Assembly: GCA_002633005.1 (NCBI GenBank)
Contig: NMRA01000669.1
Span: 16,396 to 80,395 of the forward strand
Reading direction: 5' to 3'
Source of the DNA: Phoronis australis
Lineage: Eukaryota; Animalia; Phoronida
Length of the DNA stretch: 64,000 nt
Shown here: one piece after another, positions 1-12,750 of the stretch
Position numbering within the stretch: the first letter of the stretch is position 1
Layout of the letters: each line of letters opens with the position of its first letter
Notes under the pieces: generated by a model
Databases searched by the model: none
The model's input: the letters and a program-made list of their open reading frames with translations, nothing else
Told to the model about the DNA's origin: nothing
Translations under genes and position numbers: made by a program

Positions 1-65
1 AATTTTAATTACCGGGGTTAATTAATAAACTCGCCATTTCCCTACGCTCTTACTGTTTTATTTTT

Positions 66-120
66 TGCGGCAGCCAAGGGGGGGGGGGCGGCCCCCTGGG
101 CCCCCCTAAATCCGCCTATG
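66..120. repeat. End of a G/C-run MITE family (CATAGGCGGATTTAGGGGG terminus)
   Basis: CCCCCTAAATCCGCCTATG at about 102-120 is the reverse complement of CATAGGCGGATTTAGGGGG at 12751; related termini occur at 38104 and 38290. Confidence 0.55.
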
Positions 121-229
121 TATGGACATGTTTGAAGCACAACGAACACTTGGCTTTGGTGGAGATTTCTGATGTCAGACCATACATTTACAGTAGTTGC
201 AGGAAATTCTTAGCTATCGGCAAGTGCCG

Positions 230-850
230 GTTTTTGCAGTAATCCTAAGTTAGTGATTCTTCGGTTTTAAACAAGGTTATTTTACAAACCCAGAGTTTAA
301 ATACGTTCATACCGAAATTGAATTATGTAAGCAACACTCAACTAGCACTCTTCAACCGCCTAAAACAGAGCTTCGGAATTGCATCGATACTGTCTGAAAA
401 ATCCGGATGTGTACGAAGGTTATCTGCCACGATCGTCAAAAAAATAACCTTGATGGGTATCAACATTTTTGTTTGCAAATCACCACTCGAAGGCAGTTTA
501 ATATGATAAAGTGAAAGAAGGTATTAAAAAATTTGTTTGATGCTGATTTCGAAAAGTTCCATGCACATTTGAGTAAAGCAATCTTTAAAGTCGAATCGTT
601 ATATTTTATTATGTAACCTAGTGATTGACATCAGAGGTGATCGAGTTACAGATAAACTCAAGTTTATGGTTTATATTGGCCGGTTTTGTGCCAGCATGAC
701 TCTATTTGACTATTTTAAGTAGGATAACTAAAGAATATTTCTTGCTAAGCAATTGAAAATAGCTCCTGAGCATTAGTTTCATGAAACACCGGCTAGCATA
801 GAAAAGTTGCGAACATTGCGGTTCTAAAGGTACCGGGGTTTTCAGTAGGT
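230..850 (+). repeat. Dispersed non-coding repeat, second copy at about 22340-22960
   Basis: Colinear similarity, e.g. AAACAAGGT..TTTTA.AAACCCAGAGTT, CTCGAAGGCAGTTT and GCCAGCATGACTCTATTTGACT in both copies. Confidence 0.75.
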
Positions 851-1462
851 AAGCTCACCCGATGAAACGCCCATGTGCGTTTATTCGAAAAATAATGCCG
901 AATAAACGCCCATGGTCGTTTATTTGGTGTTGCAACTTCTCGTGTCAAGTGTCAAGATACTGGAGTGTTTACTTGGAAAACTTCCTTTAAAAAACCACTT
1001 AGCGTCAACTTTTAGTCACAAAGTCAGTGTTGTGGAGCATTTATCAATTATAAAAACAAATGAAGTGTTGCCGAACTATGCATTTATCAACATAAAATTT
1101 TCAAAACAATTTTACATAAAAAATCAGCCCGGAAACCTATTAATCTACGTGTATTCAGTCCATGTCAAAGTTTTCAACTAGCACCTTTTCCGAATTCTTT
1201 CCACCTCCGAGTCGCTGAAGGGATCCCGCGACTTGCCATCCATCTCTTGGATACCCGCGTGGTGCCACAAGTGTAAGCGAATCCGGGCGTTGGGTATTAC
1301 GGTAGAGACCATTTGCCATCAGTAGCTATTCCGCAACATTCAAACGCTTCCGGGATTTTTCGCAAAGCTGAAGATACAAATTCCAGGAGTTCTCGTAGGA
1401 TGGGGGGCTGCCATATCCTCTCGTAGGTGTATTCTCTTTCGCCGTTCAAGCAAATACTGATA

Positions 1463-1620
1463 CACGGGTGAGAAACAACATGACCGCCGCACCCAAAACA
1501 TGACCGCCGGTCCTCCAAATCGGACCAACTCACCACAAAACCCGGGATCAAATGGGACCGCCGCACCAAAAAATGGGACAGACGCACCTGAAAACATGAC
1601 TGCTCCACCGCTGCAGACTG
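1463..1620 (+). repeat. Terminal fragment of the CACGGGTGAG-ended MITE family
   Basis: CACGGGTGAGAAACAACATGACCGCC plus subterminal CATGACCGCC/GGACCGCC repeats; matches both ends of 31130-32463. Confidence 0.7.
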
Positions 1621-1899
1621 AGAGTGACAGCCGGACAAAATGTAATCATCAATGCCTTTGTGTGATACTGCGGATTACGACGTAACAAGCCAACTAGCTG
1701 CAAGAAGACTGTCGTCAAAATAAGCTTGGTAGCAATGCGTGTTGAGCTCCGTTAGAACCCGAAATTTCACACGCTCGAATTTGTTATTTTCTCACAATAC
1801 GTGGTGCGAGTATTTATGCGCGCACCCAGCCTTTAATACGAGGGCTCGAATTTCTGACGGTGTGGACCTTTTGCTGACAAAGTTCCGTCAAATCATTTT

Positions 1900-4822
1900 T
1901 ATAAGTGATATATGTTTATTGAAGAATACACAGAACATACATGTACAAAGAAATAATAACAAACCCAGAAACCGCGATGCATTATATCTGGGTTGTAAAC
2001 AATTCATAAATGAAACTAATGTACATACAGGTATATACAATTAAGTAGTATCTAAAATAAGTATTCCAATACTTAGATAAGCTATTACAGATATATAAAA
2101 ACAAAAATATGTAAGATTCATGTAGGGAAATCAGATGCAACAATATTGATAAACGGTACATAAAAATTTACTAACGTTGCTTAGGAGGAATTCGTTGAGA
2201 ACGAGGTCAAGGTTAGGACTACCATTCAATAATTACGTAACTCTAGTAGGGATATTATTACCAGAATTGAGAGCGTTAACAATTTATTGGTTTTCACTGA
2301 GTGCACGAAAGAGTGAGTCTCTCAGGTATTCTATGAGGGGACATTTGAAGAAAATATGAGGATACGATTGATGGTCACCACATTTATAGTTTGGAGAGAC
2401 ATTACTAAAGTTGTGCTTGAACTTGTCAGAGTTGAGGAAAAGGCCATATCTTGATCTGTACAATGCTATTTCGTTATTGCGGGTAAGGGAGAATTGAGTC
2501 AAGGGTGTTGAGTTATCAAAATTATGAAAAACAGCTCTAAAATTATTTTTTATACTCGTAAAAGAGTTGCTTTCCTTAACAGAGACTCGAAGAGAATTCC
2601 AGTTGTTGATGCACATCATGACTGTAGACCTTCTGAATGCCTGACTGAACGACGGACTAGGGAATTGCATATGGGGTGGAGGATCTCAAATCACTACGAT
2701 GGCCTTGTCTAGTATATAGATCAAATATTTTTTTGACAGACTCTTGTTGACATTGTTTATAACCTTGAAAGTAAATGTGGTCATGTGAAGATTGCGTCGA
2801 GTAGACAGTTTGGGCCACTTGAGACTATTCAAAACCTTAACACTATTGAATCCCCTGTAAGCTCCGGTTATGAGTAAGGCGGCTTGATATTCTAACTTCT
2901 CCAAATGTTGGAGTGCACCCGTATTGGCAGACTGATATATAATATCACAATAATCAATGTGTGGAAGTATAAAGTATTTGAACAAAACTTCTAAATGTGT
3001 AGAATTCAGATGACGAGAGACAAGCTTAAGTGGGTTAATTAGTTCTTGAGTTCTTTGTACGAGCTCCCGAACGTGAGGGGTGAATGAGAGTTTTTCATCT
3101 AACAGTATACCCATAAGTCTGTGCGACTGCTTTCTAGGAATGATTTCATCATTAAGTTTAAGGTCATAAGACGGGTCAACAAGGAAGAGAGCATTAATAG
3201 ATTTGGAGAAGGTGAGGTCAACGCTTTTTTCTTGTTTAAAATTCATTCTCCATGCTTGTGACCAATAGCTGAGTTTATGTAAGTCGTGTTGAAGCTGCAA
3301 AGAGCATTCAGGGCTGCTCCCTGCGAAGGGGTAAAAAAGTGCCGTGTCATCTGCATAAAAGTATGTGCTACATGACAGGTTATCAGGAAGGTCATTAATT
3401 TAAACCAAGAAGAGAAGAGGACCCAATAGCGGATTTGCAGCGACGCCATATTGAAATTAGGTTAAAATGGTGCATTGTGGGTGCTGTGGTCAGGATTCCG
3501 AAAGCAGCCATTTATCAAGCATAATACGCGGTATGAGCGCGAAGAAAACTTACACTTGTTGTGTTCCTGGCTGCTTCCAAAACAACAAGAGAGATAAAAA
3601 TCTAAGTTTTTATGTGTTCCCTGCAAACCAAGAACTTCGTGAAAAATGGATAAACAACATTAGGAGAGCTGGGAGTAAGGGGAGATTTAGCGCATTCAAA
3701 CCAACGCGGGCCATCTACTGAGAAGGCAACACGTAGCCCCTCGGTTGGCCATATAGGGGCTACAATACTTCCATTCGCTTTCTGTACTCATTTCGTTACT
3801 TCAGTGTATTTTAAACGGGCCGTGACCGGATTTGGGTTACCGATTTCGAGTTTTCACCTCGTCAAAAATACATTCTACACTTAAAACTATCATTTAAAAA
3901 AANNNNNNNNNNNNNNNNNNNNNNNNNNNNNNNNNNNNNNNNNNNNNNNNNNNNNNNNNNNNNNNNNNNNNNNNNNNNNNNNNNNNNNNNNNNNNNNNNN
4001 NNNNNNNNNNNNNNNNNNNNNNNNNNNNNNNNNNNNNNNNNNNNNNNNNNNNNNNNNNNNNNNNNNNNNNNNNNNNNNNNNNNNNNNNNNNNNNNNNNNN
4101 NNNNNNNNNNNNNNNNNNNNNNNNNNNNNNNNNNNNNNNNNNNNNNNNNNNNNNNNNNNNNNNNNNNNNNNNNNNNNNNNNNNNNNNNNNNNNNNNNNNN
4201 NNNNNNNNNNNNNNNNNNNNNNNNNNNNNNNNNNNNNNNNNNNNNNNNNNNNNNNNNNNNNNNNNNNNNNNNNNNNNNNNNNNNNNNNNNNNNNNNNNNN
4301 NNNNNNNNNNNNNNNNNNNNNNNNNNNNNNNNNNNNNNNNNNNNNNNNNNNNNNNNNNNNNNNNNNNNNNNNNNNNNNNNNNNNNNNNNNNNNNNNNNNN
4401 NNNNGTCACACGGTCACTGATCATAGCTACGCTGTGTTTACAAACGAGAGAAAGGACTTGCTTGGTATTATAAAGCAAAAAAATGAAACATGGTTTTCAG
4501 TTTGCAAATCACTCCAAATGCACACACTATCCAGCCTCCACAAGACATGCCTGACCACAAGCTATCCCATGAGCCTTCGCGCAGGAAGTAACTCGCACAT
4601 GCGCAATGCGTAGTTCGTTTACGCTGCAAATCCGCTATACGCTACCCTGCGGTACACCTGCATTTACAAATCCAGGAGGGGATAAAATTGAAAGTACGCC
4701 GTCGACACGAACACTGTATGTTCTTTCGGAGAGATATGAGGTGATTATGTTTAAAAGATTACCAGTAATGCCATAGGATCGAAGTTTGTGAAGTAGAAGG
4801 TAGTGAGGGACACAGTCAAATC
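1900..4822 (-). mobile_element. 5'-truncated, degraded CR1/L2-clade LINE (RT and C-terminus), interrupted at 3428-4636
   Basis: Minus-strand translation gives FDCVPH..LLHKLRSYGITG, then GVPQGSVLGPLLFL across the insertion, then YADDT, LQHDL..WS..WRMNF and PHIDYCDIIY; AATAAA near 1915. Confidence 0.9.
3428..4636 (+). mobile_element. ISL2EU-like non-autonomous DNA transposon with THAP remnant (copy 1, contains N gap)
   Basis: TIR AGCGGATTTGCAGCG / CGCTGCAAATCCGCT. AT TSD, confirmed because removing the element restores the LINE PQGSVLGP codons. THAP start TCCVPGC..FYVFP..REKWINNIRR at 3467-3721. Confidence 0.82.
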
Positions 4823-7800
4823 ATTTAGCTCATTGATCAAATGTGAACGAGGAGCAATGTAATCAAACAACAAGCTCCAATCGTTTAAAGGAGAATGCCA
4901 CCCGATTTAATTAGTCTTTTTTTGCCATCTTAATCGGTCTATATTAGTCGGTGGGCCAGATCTCATAGCGTTCATCCTTGTGAGTACTTTGGGGGGGCAA
5001 CTTAGTTTTTTCTATGTGGCTAGATAATATACCTATAAATCAAATTCCAAAAGTTCCCACGTCTACACTTGCACATTTTTTTAAAAAAGGTGTTTTTGTT
5101 GCACAAAATATTATGCACATTCCTGCCACTTGGTGGCTCTTTTCTATTGAATTGACCAATCAGAGAGCCCGATTGTATTGTTGTGCTTAGTAACGTCAAT
5201 ATGGCTGCTCCCATGGAGTGTGATGCCTGTATAATTCAAGGTTTATCAAACAGCACAAAATTGTGATGCCAGAGCCTAAAGAAGCTTAGGAAAGCTTCCT
5301 GACGAAAGCTGATGGACTGTGGAACTCTGTAGATCAGTAGATCAAAAAGAAGAAGAGGTGTCACAAACGTCTGTGCAGAAAAAAGCTGCATGTCCTGCTT
5401 TAGCCTACTCACATTATACTGCTGAGTGCTGTAGACTAGAAGACCAAGTGTCAGACCAAAAAATTGAAAGGACATAGAACGGCATAGCAACGTTTCAAGG
5501 CACCAACAGTAGTACTAAAGCTGAAGTTACTGAAAGTGATACAGATGTTACACAAGATTACCCAAGAAAATCAATTATACTTCCAAAATCTGAAACACCC
5601 AATTAACCTGAATAAGAAAGGAACATTCTGAAACATGAGTGCATCATTTGTTAGCAGGAAAAGTATATTATGGACCATATTTCAAGAAAGAGAAAGAAGT
5701 ATAGCTTTGAAAAACAAGTACGTGTTTTTGAAAAGTACATCTTGGTGTTTTCCATGTGTGTTTCAGTATTATCACCAATTGTTTTTTTAACTTGTTTATC
5801 CCCTTGGCTGCTTAGGCCTTAGACAATACCGCTGACCCAGTAGAGACGGTGATCATACCATAGGTACTCCATATGCTGGATGCTTTTCAGCAAATTATGT
5901 TCCTATAAGTTTAGAAGTACCGCGTAGAGAGATGCCTCTGAGAAGGTCGTTAATGTTTTCATTTGTTCCCAATTTAAACAAATACTTCAGCAATCCTGTT
6001 TTTCGAACACTCCATTGCTCAGTTGCCACATCGACACTGCTTGCGCTAAGGGATAATCATATGGCGTTATACTGTGGGTGTGATTTTAAAGCACTTTAAG
6101 TCAAAAATTTTTGAGAAGGTTAAATGGAGTAGATGGTTGCAAACAACATGCCCAAGTGGCCGTCATCCCGTCGTAGTCCTGGGATAGGGGGAACCTCTTC
6201 TCAATTTTTGTAAACATTAATTACTTAGGTAGCTGAAATGATAATTAAATTAGAGTGCCTAAATGGCCATCGTCGCCGTCGCAATTTGAGGCGATGGAAG
6301 CCACTGTCCATTTCGCGGTTTGAGCATCTGATTTAAAAAAATTAAATTTCAATCACTGCACTGGTATATCAGCTGATTTATTTTCAGTTGCATCAACTAA
6401 TCTAATTGTTAGACAATCAACATTTTTAGGCGACAGATTAGACGGCATGTAAATTTGTTAAGCTGGTGGTGGATCAGTTCCTGATAAGTCCGTCTGAAAA
6501 AGTTGCATGCCAACTCTCTCATAGTTGAATGGTAAATTAGTGTTAACAGTTCGGGTTTTTTTCAGTTGGACTTGTTTCGCAAGCAACAGCTCAGTCCAGA
6601 GCCCTGAATATGCAAATGAAATTCAAAGATAAAGACCTAGTGTCTTAGAAGCCAAGTACCACAGATCATCATGCTATAAAAATAGACAACGATTGTGAAG
6701 AGTGACGAATCCACAGTTTTCAGAGATGTTTTTCTACGGTTTTGTTTGGAGTTCATTGAATCAAAGCTTCTAACACATGGAGATGTCATTTGCCTTTCAA
6801 AGCTAAAGCAAGATTCTGAAGTTGTTTTTTAGAGAGCTGTTGCTCATGAAGTTATTTGGACAGGCAATCTTAAGAAATATTGTTGAAGCTACTCACTGTT
6901 GTAGTTTGTGCCCTACTAAGAGATACAAAAGTGAATTGAGGATAGTGTTCAATAATTCACTTGCTGACTCTAATTAACACAGCCCATTATAACATATTTT
7001 CAATCAAACGTTTGCCCAAGTCCTGCCCGCCTCCTGAAAAGGACTTAGTGTTTGACCCTTCATTGCCTGCGGGCCAATCACCAGTGTGCGGTGCTGTACC
7101 CTCTCTAATCGACCGTAGCTGGCTCCTTGGCGGTGAAGCTTTGTAGTTAAAATGTATGGCAATGTCCGCATCTCCATTGAGAGTACTAAACGATGAATGC
7201 TGCAAGTGCAAAAAGAACATGTGTGCTGGGAAACTGAGTTTGTGCTACAATGCTGAGCCAAACTATACAAAAATGTGCAGCTGTGACAACTGTAGTAACA
7301 TCAGCAACATTGACTGCATAACATCGGATAGTTCTTTGACAAGTCAACCCTAAATAGACCTCCAACCCCATTATTTCGTTTTTTTGTATTAAAAAGTTAA
7401 TTTTATTTGTTGAATAAGTCATAGAAAGTACATACTTTGATCATTGTCATGTATTTGTCTCATAGTGTTTGATAAACGCTGTGAGAATAATCTATTATTT
7501 TCATGCAGTCTGTGTCCACATTCACAGAGATCATTCAACTACATGTATATTGTTTTTGTACTATAACGTATTTCTGGTATATTATGCAAACAAGCTGTAG
7601 TTTACACCATTAGTCAATGTTCTAGTCATTGAGGCACAAATTCTGCCCAGTCTCAAGTGTTTTGTGTTATTTTTGTTGCCAGACAATGCCAGAATAACTT
7701 CCTAGTAACATTCAGACTTAGTTTGCATTTTTGCCACTAGGTGTCTCTTTACATTTTTTAAATTTCATTGTTTACAATAGCGGATTTGCAGCGCAGACGA

Positions 7801-8229
7801 ACTACGCATTGCGCATGTGCGAGTTACTTCCTTCGCGAAGGCTCATGGGATAGCTTGTGGTCAGGCATGTCTTGAGCAGGCTGGATAGTGTGTGCAATTG
7901 GAGTGATTTGCAAACCAAAAACCATGTTTCATTTTTTGCTTTATAATACCAAGCAAGTCCTCTCTCTCGTTTGTAAACACAGCGTAGCTATGATCAGTGA
8001 CCATGTGACCGAGAGCACGACTGTCGCCGTGTTCAGTATTGGGGTTATCGGCGTTGATTTCGAAATCTCCTATTTCAGACAAGTTGAGAGTTCTTGGGTT
8101 GCTTAACTTTTGTAGCTTTCGCCGTGGATATGCTAGAGACGTTAATTTTAAGTGGAAACTCCGTCGGAATGTTGTTCTCATAAGTCTTTTTTCCACCAGG
8201 AAAATGTTCGCTGCACACATGATGGCCCC

Positions 8230-9089
8230 TAGGCAATTACATCGCACTGGATGCCACAGGCATTCAGGAGCGATAGTACATCCTCACAAAAAGTTACTCA
8301 TTTCAAAATACAGCAAATAAAATCAAATGAACCCGGCATACATATAGGAACACGGAGTTATAATTAACACATACCACGACTCTGGATAAAATTTTGTCAG
8401 CAAAACTTGAACGAATCGATGAAAATCTGTCTCGGTTTGTTCGAGTTTCTCTCAGTCACGGTTACCGGGTGCCATTTGAGGAAGTTACGTGAAATTACGC
8501 ATGTTGACGAATAAAAAGTCCAAGGGACACACATCTTACAAGTTTCACCCGATACCTTCTCATGCTATTTTACAAGTGTCGCACGCTAGCGTCACGCGCT
8601 TCGCTCAGTCTCGCGCTAACCTTGCGCCTAACTCACGGGATTCAGTTGACATGTTTTGTGGTTATCGCGCACGCGGTGATAAAATTAACCGCAACCAAAA
8701 AAGTGGAGTTGTAATTCTTCGCCAAAGTCAACTTAATTCTCACAACTAAGCTTCATTAAAGATATGTATAGAAGTAGAAAGGACCAATGATGAAAGTAAG
8801 CGTTTTTTAAATGATAGTTTTAAGCACAGGCGTCCTCAGCTTCTGATCGTCCCCAATACACTACACATAATACTACTATATGTAGTGTATTGGGCACGAT
8901 CAGAAGCTGAGGACACCTGTGGTTTTAAGAGCAGATTGTATTTTTGACGAGGTGAAAACTCGAAATCGGTAACCCAAATCCGGTCACGGCCCGTTTAAAC
9001 TACACTGGAGTAACGAAATGAGTACAGAAAGCGAATGGAAGTATTGTAGCCCCTACATGGCCAACCGAGGGGCTACGTGTTGCCTACTA
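8230..9089. mobile_element. Insert of about 860 bp splitting the THAP domain
   Basis: Flanked by the 9-bp direct repeat GATGGCCCC (8221-8229, 9090-9098); short inverted ends TAGGCAA/TTGCCTA. Confidence 0.55.
8825..8921. mobile_element. 97-bp hairpin MITE, P-element-like
   Basis: CACAGG...CCTGTG termini, almost fully self-complementary, 8-bp TSD GTTTTAAG; the empty site is seen in copy 1 near 3880. Confidence 0.85.
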
Positions 9090-9518
9090 GATGGCCCCGC
9101 GTTCGTTTGAATGCGCTAAATTTCCCCTTACTCCCAGGTCTCCTAATGTTGTTTATCCATTTTTCACGAAGTTCTTGGTTTGCAGGGAATACATACAAAC
9201 TCAAGATTTTTATCTCTCTTGTTGTTTTTCAAGCAGCCAGGAACACAACAAGTGTATCCGCCGTAAGTTTTCTTCGCGCTCATACCGCGTATTATGCTTG
9301 TTACTATGGCCGCTTTCGGAATCCTGACCACAGCACCCACAATGCACCATTTTAACCTAATTTCATTATGGCGTCGCTGCAAATCCGCTATTAATCTACA
9401 GTAGTAAAACATGTAAAGTGAGTGTAATATTGTTCATTATACCACAATATTAGAGGCAAACGGCAGATACAACCGTGTAATAACCCATAAAGTTATCTCA
9501 CTAGTGAGATAACGATTT

Positions 9519-9593
9519 GGCGGGAAACCGAGGACGGAGTCGAACCCGGGACCCCGGAATTTGCTGGTCGCCGACTTTACCACTACACCATGC
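9519..9593 (-). repeat. tRNA-derived (SINE-head-like) sequence
   Basis: Minus strand has A box TGGTGTAGTGG and B box GGTTCGACTCC; acceptor and anticodon stems pair poorly, so it is not called a tRNA. Confidence 0.55.
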
Positions 9594-10145
9594 AGCGACT
9601 GACGTCATCAAGAGTAAAAATAGAATACTTAAATGAGCACGCGCAATGATCCTAAGTTCAACAAACCGCATTGTACTGTACTTATACGCTACGAAGAATG
9701 AGACACATAATTTCCATAAAAATGATATCTTAATTCAGTGAAATTTTTCACTCATGTCCTCTTACTTGTAAATTACCGATCTCCAGTTTGAATGCGGGTA
9801 TCGTGTCGTCAGGATCTTTGACTTGAGAATTATATTCAGTTACCAGTGGTAAACTACTTTAGCAGACGATAATTTCCCGGTCGAAGCTTAGCGTGAAAAA
9901 AACGTATTTAAGCTATAATAGTTGGTAAACCTTAATTTATAAATTCAATTTATTTCTATTATATTTAAGTTTTCAATTGGTTTTGAGTAAAAGCATTATT
10001 TGACAAAAATAGCCCGGCTTTTCTTAAAAGGTCACGACCTCCAACCCCGGGCCTCTGATAAAGAAAGTAGTTACAAAGCCGTGGAGAGTCAGAAAAGGTA
10101 AATCGATTCATTGCAATGTTTCTCGTTTAGTATGTGGTATAAATA

Positions 10146-10303
10146 GATTATTACATGTTCTCAGCCGTTATCCCCCTTATCTAGAGCCCTCGTGGATTTT
10201 GGAGAATTATCACCCTCGGGGCTCTCGCCCCTCGGGCGATAATTCTCCAAAATCCACTCGGGCTCTAGATAACGGGGGATAACGACTTCGCCATGTAATA
10301 ATC
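10146..10303. repeat. 158-bp palindromic element (possibly Crypton-type non-autonomous)
   Basis: GATTATTACATG...CATGTAATAATC ends; arms GTGGATTTTGGAGAATTATC / GATAATTCTCCAAAATCCAC; centre CCCTCGGG..CCCTCGGG; no TSD seen. Confidence 0.7.
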
Positions 10304-10655
10304 AAAATATACAATGGGACTGATGGGACCATATTACTTATTTGACAAAAAAGTCACCAAAACTGTTGTTTTACAAATATGAGTTTACTAAGCTCTTTGG
10401 TGATTATTAGGTTACTTCAAACTCAAATTTCTCAAAAATGTGCAAATTTATATTTGGGAACTTTTTAGATTTTAAAAACACTCTAATAAATGAATTAAAA
10501 AACACCAAAATAAATTGCCCCCCTAAAGTACTCACAAAAACCATTTTCTAGAGGCCCACCGACTATTTCCACATTGCCTCGCATACGGTCGACCTTATCT
10601 TGCCAAGAGGTGTCGCGTTAACCTGTGAGGAATTTGAGAAACGACGCTAGCAACG

Positions 10656-11085
10656 TCAGTGGTTCATATGCAGAGTGAATGCCACTATATGATGCGGTGC
10701 ATCGTTCCCGCTTGTCCGAACTAAGTAGCTGCGAGGGAATCGGGTACATGTATATTGTTTTATTAACTTCCTCGAGAGTCCGAAATGCTTAGGAAGTGGC
10801 TCATGGTAGTGAAGAATGAAATGTACGCTGTAAAAAGCAAGTATGAGGCCGTGAAACATCTCCGTGTCTGTGGCCTGCAGACGTCGACAGTGCCTGACGA
10901 ATGCCGGCTTACCAAATAACTCCATACGTTCCGTTGTCTGAGCTTGTTCACGGCGCCTCTCTAGTATTTCTTCATTGCTGTATTCCTGTTCGAATTGATA
11001 GCCTGTAAAACTTAACGATCCACCTGCGAAGTCGGGACTGATGAGCTCTAGCTCGTCCTAAGTCGGGATTGCGAGTTGCCATGTT
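10656..11085 (-). pseudogene. KolX/P2X7-like accessory gene remnant of Kolobok
   Basis: Minus strand SLSFTGYQFEQEYSNEEILERRRE resembles GYMFEPEYNEAE in the 39035 ORF; disrupted by stops. Confidence 0.5.
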
Positions 11086-12750
11086 GGCGTTTATCACTGA
11101 GCGTTCTGTTTCAAAATGAATTATTCTCACCGTAACCAATACTTATATAAAATTGAAACAAAGTCTGTCTCATTAGATGCAGTTTGTAATGCCTTTGGAG
11201 TGTTCGTGATTGCAAATGATTTGAGAAGCCAGCAATGAATAAATCACTGCGTTACCGGCTTTAGGTGCAATAAAACTAATTGACGAGACACCTAGGCTGT
11301 GTGAGCTTATGCTAATTTAGTGTTTGCTGGCAGAAACTGTTGTAAAACAACTCGATTTCAATCCCACGGCCGCGTGTTAAGGGAATATTTATTCACATTT
11401 ACATTACTCAAATAATGATTTTCAATGTACAACTTCTGCCCTGACGGTGCCGCTGTGGCCAAAGCGGAACCTGAATTCGCGGCCCCCGACGAGTAAGTAG
11501 ATTTGCAGTTTCGTGGCTAATTCACCAATATAACCAGGTGCACATTACTTTGGCTCACTAGTATAGTATTTTCTTGACTGAAAGTTTAGTTTCCTCTGAA
11601 CTTTCCTCTGGGTCTTTTATGTTCGTCATGATGTCTAATCAGTTTCCGAGCCACTGCCGGGGATAGAGTCAATCCCGGGCCGGCCGCGACGGGCCTATCG
11701 GGCTCCGAGCCACTGGCCATGCAGGCTAACAAGCGTTTTGTGTTTAGAACTCAAAATATCACAAGTCTAAACAACACAGATCTAGGTTCTCCTGTCTGTA
11801 TCTCACGGAAAATACTTCGAAATTATCTCCGAACAGACCCCAAACTCCTGCTACGGACTTTATTGGCCTGCCGAACTTTGTAGGCTACGGTGTGTCCAAT
11901 TACCAATAAATCCGTAAGAGCGAAGTAAAACATCACGTTTTTATAAGAACTGGGTGTATTTTAAGGGTTTATATCGAAGTTTGACGATTTATTGGTGTTA
12001 AACGATGACTACAAGCGATAAGCTGACACCAGTAACCCGTGTTGTGAACTGCTGAACTGACTGCGTGTGAAACCGATGACGTCATTGGATAATTTCAAAC
12101 CCTCCGTCTGCCGTCAGGTGTCAGGTAACGCAACCGTACATGTACGTGTCGTTATGGAGTAGAACTACTCGATCTAAATTGATACAAATTAGGTTGTTTT
12201 GGGTGGCATGCTACTTTAATGAGTGAGACATTTGTTACTCAATAAAATCGAATTCTTCGTTCTTGTTAGTATCACAAAAACCCAATATTCTTCAAAACAG
12301 AGGATATTATCATTCATATGAACTGTTAAACTGAAATCAAGATATGTCCAATATCCGACAGAATCACACTCGATTAAACTTGGTGAACAAGCCTATTGTG
12401 TAACTTCTCTGGTTAAGTGAGTCAGAGCTTACGGCCACGCAAAGGAATAAGCAGGTGACTGTGATCGTTTTAACGATCACATATGTCTCTGTTGGCTCTA
12501 GTCTCACGGAGCGGATGTTGGCATAACGGAAAGGGTAAGCCCATTTACCCTCCCTCAATTGAAAGAGGTCGTTTAAATATTTCGACGACATGTCAAATAA
12601 AGTTTTATGTGAGCTTCTAATGTCATAGACCGTCCAGGACACGTAATTGTAATGAAGTGAGTTTAGCGGTAGTAATTCCTCATAAGAGCTTGTGTAGTCG
12701 CTATAGTTTTTCTGTATTTTGTATTTCTTTTAAGTATTAGCAATGCCATG

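Larger units (their letters stand above)
7779..9389 (-). mobile_element. ISL2EU-like THAP element, copy 2 (inverted relative to copy 1)
   Basis: Same 15-bp TIR, AT on both flanks. THAP N-half YTCCVPGC at about 9230-9260 and C-half GHHVCSEHFPGGKK..NNIPTEFP at about 8150-8228. Confidence 0.85.
4945..10565 (+). mobile_element. Degraded Academ DNA transposon
   Basis: TAGTCGGTGGGCC ... GGCCCACCGACTA termini with extended imperfect TIR (GTGAGTACTTT.GGGGGGCAA); C-terminal CXC-like remnant CCKCKK..C.G..C....CSCDNCSN at 7156-7353; flanks TAT/TTT. Confidence 0.7.
4889..12215. mobile_element. Old Kolobok-like element carrying nested insertions
   Basis: TTAA-AGGAGAATGCCACCC ... GGGTGGCATGCTACT-TTAA (imperfect TIR, TTAA TSD); KolX/P2X7-like GYQFEQEY motif on the minus strand near 10980-11005. 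Confidence 0.7.

Noticed and set aside
3894-4478. 194-aa ORF
   Set aside because: Reads through an N gap.
7156-7353. Metallothionein or tesmin-like host gene
   Set aside because: Cys-rich tail of the degraded Academ transposase inside its TIRs.
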